NCBI GenBank assembly: GCA_951406725.2 | Contig: OX597827.1 | Coordinates: 20,708,001 to 20,772,000, forward strand | Reading direction: 5' to 3' | DNA length: 64,000 bases | Origin: Octopus vulgaris | Lineage: Eukaryota | Shown here: in pieces, positions 55,301 through 64,000 of the stretch | How positions within the stretch are numbered: the first letter of the stretch is position 1 | How the letters are laid out: every line of letters begins with the position of its first letter | Position numbers and translations under genes: made by a program | Notes under the pieces: model-generated | Database searches by the model: none | What the model saw: the letters and a program-made list of their open reading frames with translations, nothing else | What the model was told of the DNA's origin: nothing

Positions 55301-55512
55301 ATCTTTAAGGAGTCTTAGTTGTTTATATTGACAGCACCACTTCTTTCAGTCTGGTATTTTATTAATCTTTATTTGTTGAATGGCTAAGTAATCTTTAATG
55401 CAAAAACACAAAGCCAGTTTATACTGATAAACACACACACACATATATCTTTTATATTTTTCTTCTCCATTTTATTTTATTGACTTTTTAATATATATAT
55501 ATATATACCACT

Positions 55513-55598
55513 TATAAACAAGGACCAAAGAAAAAAATTCTAATGCCAAATATGCCGAAATAGGCATATATAGCATTAGAATTTTTTTCTTTTGCCCT

Positions 55599-55606
<8 letters not shown>
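55513..55606. repeat. Imperfect hairpin embedded in (TA)n
   Basis: AAACAAGG..AAAGAAAAAAATTCTAATGC..TATGCC, loop GAAATA, then GGCATA..GCATTAGAATTTTTTTCTTT..CCTTGTTT. Confidence 0.85.
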
Positions 55607-55667
<61 letters not shown>

Positions 55668-55805
55668 TAATAAAAAATATATATATAATAATATATATAA
55701 TGAAATTATTGTATACAGTGCTCAGGTGCACCACAACTTGTCAGAGTATATGCAGTTAATGTACAACAGAAAGAAGCATATTCTAAAAAATAGAGCAGTA
55801 AGTAC

Positions 55806-55940
55806 TACAACAAAATTTTATACAGAGTTACCCAGCTGATAGCTTGTCAGACTCTATATGAATACAAAATTTTATATTCATATGAAGTCTAACGAGCAGT
55901 CCACAAGGACTTGGGTAACTCTATATAAAATTTTGTTGTA
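55806..55940. repeat. Branched foldback element
   Basis: ~29-bp outer stem TACAACAAAATTTTATACAGAGTTACCCA / TGGGTAACTCTATATAAAATTTTGTTGTA enclosing two hairpins. Confidence 0.85.
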
Positions 55941-56014
55941 ATATATATATATCATCATCAGTGTACCATATATCCTAAAAACTAGCACACTTTAAAGCAT
56001 AGAGCAGTAGTATA

Positions 56015-56869
56015 TACATGGTCTGATCAATAAGTATCTGGACTGTTGCCATAGTAACAAGGCTACAGCATGCAGAATGAAGCTGCTTGGCACAGAATGA
56101 TCTTGACCTCTGCTGTGTTACTCACTTCCGCTGTTTACAGCAGCACTTGGAAGGAAGGTGTGTAGTGTGTGATAGTTGCATTGACCATAGCAGAGAAAGC
56201 TAAGCTGAGCAGAGAATCTACATCAAATTTTACCAAAATCTTGGCAATGCCCACTCAGAGGCCTAAACAAATTTTTCAAAAAACTTACATCCTTCTCAAC
56301 ACAATCAAAGAGATCTTGTGCAACTGAAACCCAAGTGTCTTTTTGGTCAAACTTGGCAGACATACGTCTCATACCCAAATCTTCAGTGATAATGAACTGA
56401 ACCGTAACTAATTTGCACATCCTCTGATATCTCACGGATGGTGATTCCATGATTTCCCCTCACAGCTGCACACACTTCTGCGATGCTTTTCTCAGTTCTG
56501 GTGATTGTGGGTCTTCCAGAGCATTCGTCAATATTGATATGTTTTTGGCCATCTTGGAAACATCTGAACCACTCGTACACTTGTGTGCGTCTCATAAACT
56601 CCTCTCCATGCACTTTCTGCAACATTGCATAGGCCTCTGATCAGGTATTGCCATGACAACTTTCTTTTTCATGGTCAATGCGATGATCACATACTACACA
56701 CCTTCCTTCCAAGCACTGCAGTAAACAGCAGAAGGTAAGCTAGAATGTTAAAACTTAGTGCTCATGCACAGCAGAGTTCAAGGTCAATCTGTGCCAAATG
56801 GCTTTACTCTGTATGCTTCATTTTCATTACTATGGCAACAGTCAAGATACTTATTGATCAGGCCTCGTA
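56015..56869 (-). mobile_element. Non-autonomous mariner derivative with ~250-bp inverted 5' ends
   Basis: TA-CATGGTCTGATCAATAAGTATC / GATACTTATTGATCAGGCCTCG-TA termini. Minus ORF MLQKVHGEEFMRRTQVYEWFRCFQDG..SGRP..TIREISEDVQISYGSV..LGMRRMSAKF. Confidence 0.9.
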
Positions 56870-57225
56870 TTATTAAGGTATGTAACTACCTTTCTAATCT
56901 CCCTCAGTCACTGAACCAGTCAACTTATTTCCCTCAAATAATGGCCCTTTCCTTTCTCACTATCTCAACCATTAATTCTATAGCCTTCATACAAACTAAC
57001 ACAAAGGTTACCATTCACATACTACCTAAACCACACTTCCCTCTTCCTCCTACTTTCCACCTCTATTACTGTAACTCCCTACTAGCTTCCTTATTAACCC
57101 CTAAACCTTGAAATTTATTTTCTCCTCTTGCTATTCTCTATCTGAATACCTCCCCCCAATTCCCCTCTCTAATACTTTTAGCTCTCCACAAAATCATTTC
57201 ATCTTTAATCACCTTTCTGTAAGAT

Positions 57226-57322
57226 TTCTCCCCTGAAGACAGAGGCTCATATCAGCCAATGAAGGAATCAATTTGCAATCATTATTTTGGACCACAGAGC
57301 CCCTAGAAACAGCTGTTGGACT
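57226..57322 (+). ncRNA. Degenerate minimal hammerhead ribozyme motif
   Basis: CC-CUGAAGA-CAGAGGCUC...GAGCCCCUA-GAAA-CAGCU-GUU-GG, with palindromic ACAGCUGU stem III. Confidence 0.6.
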
Positions 57323-57569
57323 AAGAATACTCTTTTTCAACTCCTTTAATTCTTGATATCATATCTTTTCTAAGTAAGTCAGGCATTTTTGCATGTAAAC
57401 ATATATACATTTTTTTGTATTTAATGTATTTAATATTTTTTGTATTTTGACTTACCTAACTTGCTTATCTTTACATTTACTCCTCTACACGCTCAAGTTC
57501 AAACCTCTTGAGCTCAACTAAGTGTATTCTATACAGAGAATATCTGATTCTCATCTCTGGACTATCCGA

Positions 57570-57805
57570 ACGTGGTTGATGCCAGCCCCCTCGCCCTGAA
57601 TGGCTCCTGTGCCAGTGGCACGTAAAAAGCACCCACTACACTACACTCTCAGAGCGGTTGGTGTTAGGAAGGGCATCCAGCTGTAGAAACACTGCCAGAT
57701 CAGACTGGAGCCTGGTGCAGCCTCCTGGTTTGCCAGACCCCAGTTAAACTGTCCAACCCATGCCAGCATGGAAAACAGATGTTAAACGATGATGATGATG
57801 ATGAT
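57570..57805 (+). mobile_element. RTE LINE 3' UTR fragment
   Basis: Close match to 18865-19140, (GAT)n tail. Confidence 0.9.
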
Positions 57806-57975
57806 ATAAATATGGGAATGTGAAACTCTGAGCAACAATTTTTGTGATGTCTTTGCAGCTTTATTTATATAGCATATTACTCTACCTCCAGTACTCAAGT
57901 ACTATTTTTTCCACCTTGTTTCACATTTATATGCTTACTCCGATGTACATATATGGAATATATATATATATGTGT

Positions 57976-58700
57976 GTGGAGGCGCAATGGCCCAGTGGTT
58001 AGGGCAGCAGACTCACGATCGTAAGATCGCGATTTCGTAGGCATGGCTGTGTGGTAAGAAACTTGCTTCCCAACCATATGGTTCCAGATTGTTATGGGAG
58101 AATCCTGAACACCCCCACAGGACTGAAAATAGACTAACTGATTGCAATAAATAAGAACTGACAGAACTGTGAGGGACGGTAGTTTGACGGGTGTTAGTTT
58201 GACCATGTTGGTTAACCATGTGTTGGTTTAACAGTTGGTAGTTGAACAGTGAGTACTGAGTATCGTACCTATGTTCGAGTAACATATTTCTGCAACGGGT
58301 TATTTTTAGACAACCACAACCAACTATTTATTTGTATAACACCATTTTACACCAAACCTATATACCCACATCATAACACAGATTCAGTCCCTTAGTCCCA
58401 CTGAGTGGCACCTTGAGCAAGTGTCTTCTACCACGGCCTCAAGCCAACCAAAGCCTTGTGGGTGTATTTTTTAGATGGAAATTGAAAGAAGCCAGTCGTA
58501 TATGTGTGTTTCTCCCACCCCACTACTTAACAAACAGTGTTGGTGTCTTCACGTCCCAAAGACCTAAGAGTTTGGCAAAAGAGGCTAACAGAGTAAGCAC
58601 CAGGTTTCACAAAAAATAAGTCCTGGGGTCAATTCATTCAACAAAAAGTTCTTCAAGGAATTGCTCCAGCATGGCCTCAGTCTAATTACTGAAACAAAGT
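57976..58700 (+). mobile_element. SINE B head (57976-58036) fused to a SINE A interrupted by a solo LTR
   Basis: GGAGGCGCAATGGCCCAGTGG, then GGCATGGCTGTGTGGTAAG. SINE A resumes at 58384 (TCAGTCCC..CCTTGAGCAAGT). Confidence 0.8.
58090..58378. mobile_element. Solo LTR (289 bp)
   Basis: TGTTATG...CATAACA termini. 5-bp TSD CAGAT at 58085-58089 and 58379-58383. It splits a SINE cleanly. Confidence 0.85.
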
Positions 58701-58704
58701 AATG

Positions 58705-58757
<53 letters not shown>

Positions 58758-59905
58758 ATGTGCATATGTGCACGAGTATTAAGAAGGAGTTTAGTCAGGA
58801 TTTTGAATAAAAAACTATTGATAGCTTTCATCTTTTTTGAGAGATTCATCATGAATGATATATTTATAGAAAATTCATACATTTTATATTCTAGTGAGTT
58901 AGTTGAAATTTGTGTGTGTGTGTATATATATATATGCTTGTGTAAGTATGTGTATGGCAAATTTTTGGAGGTTTGTTAGATAGAAAAGAAAGAAAGAAAG
59001 AAAGAAAGGAGAGTTTTTCTGAGATGGTTGAAATTGTTGACAGGTCAAAAAGTTGATTTTCTTTTAGTCATTGTGACTGGCAGTAATTTTGGTTAGTTGT
59101 CCTGTTAGCCAGCTGTAGAAAATAGAATCTGTCAAATAGTTTTGGAACGTTTTTAAATGTGCGTGTGTGTGTGTGTGTGTGAATGTGTGTGTGATTGTGT
59201 GTGTGTGTGTGTGCTGTTGCTTAAGTGAATCTTTCCAGTTATTTTAGTAACAGTCATGAGAACATTATTATTAATAATAATCTCCAGTGATGATAATCTG
59301 ATTTGGTTCATCTGGGAGACTAATCTATTTTTTGAGGGATTTCTCGTGCTTCTAAATATATTTTTTAAGCATTTAGCTTCAATAAAATTTTTTTATGAAA
59401 TCTGCTCCTATTACCTTCTGGTATTTTGGATTCATCCCTTGGGCATTTGTAGAAACGAAAGATCTTGTATCTGCTGTTTCCACATATTTTAAGATGTTTT
59501 CGTTCATTTCTGTTCAACCCTTGCTAGCACGGAAAACGGACGATGATGATGATGATGATGATGTTTATTGTTGAAGTTGTTGTTGGAACATACAGTCTTG
59601 ACCAGGTGGACATATGTAATTACAAACTTGTATGCAGGCAGATTGGGTTATTGGTCATTTATTTCCCAAATTATGGCAATGGAGAGATTTGGCACTCAGT
59701 CACCATTTCCAAGGGTAGAACTGCTTCCTTCTTTATGAGGGGTCATTCTTTATGTTGTTTATTTTGTTTTCCAAGAACAGTTCATGTTCCATGTACTCGT
59801 GCTTCGTACTTTTTGTTGTACACATTTTTCATGACATCCTGTGCCCACGTATGCTTATATATATATACGTATAGATGTAGGTATGTACATATACGTATGT
59901 ATATA

Positions 59906-59955
<50 letters not shown>

Positions 59956-61597
59956 CCGAATAGGAAGACAAAGAAAGCTTTAATGATTGGTTACAATTGC
60001 TTCTGGAACAAGTTTGTTTTCAACACCAGTTGACACAAAAGTTCAAAATGAAAATTTACATAATATTGTGGTTTTAGACATTAGAGTGGCATTTCACTTC
60101 AATCTCTCTCTCTTTATATATATATATACACACACACACACCTGTCTTGTCTGTCAACCTATCAATCTATTTTTACTTGAAAGATTCACTCTAATATTTT
60201 CTATCTTTCATGACCACCTATTTCTGTGTTTGCTATCCATTACTCATGCTGCACATTATGCATCTGATGTTACATTATATTGCATCTCCAGCACACTTGA
60301 CTTACACACATGCACATGCAAATATGCGTATGCACATGTTTCAGTCCAAATAAACCATACACTCTACAATATGTATTGAGTTCTCTCTTCCTCATACATC
60401 AATAAAAAGTAATATTTGGACACACACACACACACACACACAGGCATGTGTATGTATGTGTCTGTGGTTACATGTATGTGTGTGTGCATACATGTATGTG
60501 TGCACGTACATGTATGTGTGTGCCATTTTCTACCTTTTTCTATCACTTTCACATTTTCCTTACAGTAATCAAGTGTCTCCCTCCCTCTCACTTTGTATGC
60601 CTGTTTTTCTCTCTCTCTCTCTCTTTCTCTCTCATTTTCTTATGCCTTTCTCCTCTCATTTTTCAACTCTCCGCAACACCCTCACACCCATACGCATTAT
60701 TTGCCATCTTTTACACACTTTGCAAGACAAACGACTTCAAATTCCTGTCTTCCCTCCATTGTGTGCACACTGCAGACCTCAGTGCATGCATAACCCAGTT
60801 TTTACGCATTATACATTGTAATATGAGCTGCATGCCTGTAAGCTTGCATTACTGCTTAGAAATGATGCATGCATTTTCTATTTTGTACATGTGCAGTGGT
60901 GCATCAGCATTTTGCACACACTGCATCTGCTCAGTCGCATATTATTGCATTCAATGAACGTAAGTATGATTCACTATTGCACATGTGGATATGCCTCTTT
61001 CTACTCGATGTTGCGCTTGCATCACATGCACAGTGCTGCCCTCTTTTAGGCATTGCATGTGTGCAGACACAGATCAACTACATTGCACAGACTTGCATTT
61101 CATTCTGTGCATATATATATATATATATATACACCATGCTATATCACCACTATGCAGTGCGTTGGGCAGGAAACGGAATGTGGATACTTACTGCACATAC
61201 AGATATGCACACATACATACATGCATGTGCACATGCACATGTATGCATATATACCTACATACATACACACATATATACACACATACATATATACTTACAT
61301 ATACATGCACTCATACATACATGTATACACATACACATATATATGCACATATATTGATGTATACTCTTTTATTCTAATTCTTTTGCTGGAATCAGTTGTT
61401 GATCAAGTGAAGGTGGGCGGGGCCGTGCAGTGTTCAAAGTCACAACAGTTTCATCCTTGGTATGAATCTTCAAACACCACTAGGTACTGAGAAGCACCAA
61501 ATTTTCCAATACCCACAATAAAATTATCACTCAAACAAATGTATTGAGTTCTCCTTGTCTTTGAGGTCACCCTACTTAGAACCCTATATATATAATT

Positions 61598-61656
<59 letters not shown>

Positions 61657-61661
<5 letters not shown>

Positions 61662-61753
61662 GTAAAATAATATGTGATAATTATTCAATAGCCAAGATAA
61701 AACTCTGAGTTTTATCTTGGCTATTGAATAATTGTCACATTATTTTACAGATA
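61657..61753. repeat. Palindrome (27-bp perfect core arms, 1-nt centre, imperfect extension)
   Basis: AATTATTCAATAGCCAAGATAAAACTC-T-GAGTTTTATCTTGGCTATTGAATAATT, extending to TATCTGTAAAATAA / TTATTTTACAGATA. Confidence 0.92.
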
Positions 61754-61815
61754 AATTTCCTCTATTTACATAATATTGAGGTCTCTTTCTTTCTTTTGTT
61801 ATTTTACTGTTTTTA

Positions 61816-61940
<125 letters not shown>

Positions 61941-61983
61941 CCATATGTAAAATGAGTTCTGAGAATGTGCACTCAAGCCTCAC

Positions 61984-62470
61984 CATGTTGCTGTTGCTGC
62001 TGTATTATGTTTTGAACCATTTGTATTCAAAGGCCACCAGCAGCACCACCGCCACCCAGAGACATGCTTCATGATTCCAACTTCCAACTAAATGGTCGAT
62101 AATTTGGTTTTTTCTTTTTTGGTCAAATTTAATTGGATCCAGTGAAAAAGAACAAAAAAAAAAACTTATGCCCCACTCAGCTGTTTTCATTGCCCCCCGC
62201 CCCCCACCTCTCTCTTTGCTGCTCCCTTGGGTGATGAACCAGTCATGCACTGTTGGTGCTGTGCAACGAAGCATGCAGAGATAATGACAAGAGGAAGGAC
62301 TGTGTCTGCAAATTGTTGAGGAGGAATAGAATTGCAGTAGTGATGATGATGATGATGATGGTGGTGATGATGATAGTGGTGTGGTGGCTTTTTCTCTTTT
62401 ATTGGCTGCAGCAGAGTTGTGTGACGGAGTGAGGTTAACAGTAGCAGTAAGTGACAGAGAAGCAGAAGTA
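61984..62470 (-). other. Candidate first exon ending at ATG|GTGAG
   Basis: Minus strand CAGCAACATG|GTGAGG: A at -3 and a strong donor. Upstream is unique, relatively GC-rich UTR-like sequence. Confidence 0.3.
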
Positions 62471-62787
62471 ATCATTTATTGAGTGAAGTCCAATGATCAG
62501 GTTTCAATTTCCAGCTGTAACTGTTAGCAAATCTCTCATGTAACCTTTAAGTAAAGCATGAAGTTTACACATTCTCATTTCCTTTGCTTATAAAAACTCT
62601 GCGGCATTGTCCTGACAGTTATAGTTTTGGTTGTAGTATGGGTTGGTAGTAAATGCAGTGGTGATGGTCACATGGCATGTTTGGTACTGTTGTTATTTAA
62701 GTGGAATCTAGGGTCGGCTGGTTTCTATCCTGTTTCCTTCTGATTCTTAGACCAATCTGAAAATAAGTACTTGTGTTGGAATTTTTA

Positions 62788-62921
62788 TGTTGCTTACCAA
62801 CCACACGGCTCCGGGTTCAGTCCCACTGTGTGGCACCTTGGGAAAGTGTCTTCTACTATAGCCTCGGGCCAACCAAAGCCTTGTGAGTGGATTTGGTAGA
62901 CGGAAACTGAAAGAAGCCTTT

Positions 62922-62990
<69 letters not shown>

Positions 62991-63200
62991 TTGTGTGTCT
63001 GTGTTTGTCCCCCCAACATCGCTTGACAACCGATGCTGGTGTGTTTACGTCCCCGTTACTTAGCGCTTTGGCAAAAGAGACCGATAGAATAAGTACTAGG
63101 CTTACAAAGAATAAGTCCTGGGGTCGATTTGCTTGACTAAAAGGCGGTGCTCCAGCATGGCCACAGTCAAATGACTGAAACAAGTAAAAGAGTAAAGAGT
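62788..63200 (+). mobile_element. SINE type A, slightly 5'-truncated
   Basis: Reverse complement of the 19775 and 22912 copies. Confidence 0.92.
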
Positions 63201-63724
63201 AAGGAATCACCATTATTAATGTCTGATATAATCAGTCAAGCGTCCTCCTCATCTGGGTCATCAGGGTCACATCTCCACAATTGTTTTCTAAAGCCTTCTT
63301 CAGGGATTACAATTATCGAACACAGATATATTTGGACCAATGCCCTTCATCTTGGTTGTTATTGTCACAATTTCTGAACCATCTTCAGATTCCTGACATA
63401 TTCAATAATGTTTCTGCAACTTCCAACCAAACCTTTTATTAAATCCATGGGAACAGATTATTTTCACCCGATTTTCCATCCTAGGGATATATTCTCCTCT
63501 TAGTTATTCTAAAACTAACACAAGAATATTCCTGGTATGAACAATGGGTACAATTTATTGCAAGGGATTTAATAAAATAAAAATTTGAAATTCCAGGAAT
63601 GTTACCATATCCAAGAGGCACCTGAAGAAGTGTGTGTGTGTGTGGGGGGGAGAATAGCTGAAATGGTGGGACTATTACAACAACCTAGATGATGGCACCA
63701 GTCTTATTATATCAGTATTGAATA

Positions 63725-63935
63725 ATCCTTTCTTATTTTGGCACAAGACCAGCATTTTGGGGATGGGGCAAAGTCAATTACATTGACCTTAGTGACTGAC
63801 TGGTATTTTATTGACCCCGAAAGAATGAAAGGTCAAGTTAAACCTTAGCAGAATTTGAACTCAGAGTGTAAAGACAAGGGAAATACCGTGAAGCATTCTG
63901 TCCAGTATGTGAATGGTTTTACTTGCTTCTTGCCT
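63725..63935 (-). mobile_element. SINE type C-related copy with alternative tail
   Basis: GACCCCGAAAGAATGAAAGG..GAATTTGAACTCAGA block; tail as in 20222. Confidence 0.7.
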
Positions 63936-64000
63936 TTAATTCCAGTGTCTAATAATGAAAAAAGATACATAGGTGTGTGCTAGGTCACAACCTGCATATG

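Noticed and set aside
62005-62475. 156-aa Ser-rich minus-strand ORF
   Set aside because: Low complexity from (GAT)n and no recognisable domain; treated as possible UTR instead.
63220-63620. Possible minus-strand GIY-YIG remnant
   Set aside because: Only vague Cys-spaced fragments with many stops; not supportable by eye.

Overview
AT-rich eukaryotic DNA dominated by (TA)n, (CA)n, (ATG)n and (GATA)n microsatellites and transposable elements. The repeat set (RTE LINE with (GAT)n tail, tRNA-derived SINEs with internal microsatellites) looks like a cephalopod (octopus) genome; this is an inference. No intact host CDS is visible, and nearly all ORFs in the track are microsatellite artefacts. LINEs: one young 5'-truncated RTE (7666-10067) with a single frameshift and a C4HC3 PHD finger inside the RT, many RTE 3' fragments, and decayed Tx1/L1, CR1, R4/Dong-like and Penelope-like (GIY-YIG) remnants. 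DNA elements: mariner remnants, a piggyBac-type MITE and a hAT MITE, plus one solo LTR. SINEs fall into at least five modular types (my labels A-E). The most notable signals are minimal hammerhead ribozyme motifs and foldback palindromes at putative Penelope-like termini, a SINE sharing its 3' tail with a Tx1-like LINE, and two candidate minus-strand first exons. All alignments and family calls were made by eye, so boundaries of old elements are approximate.
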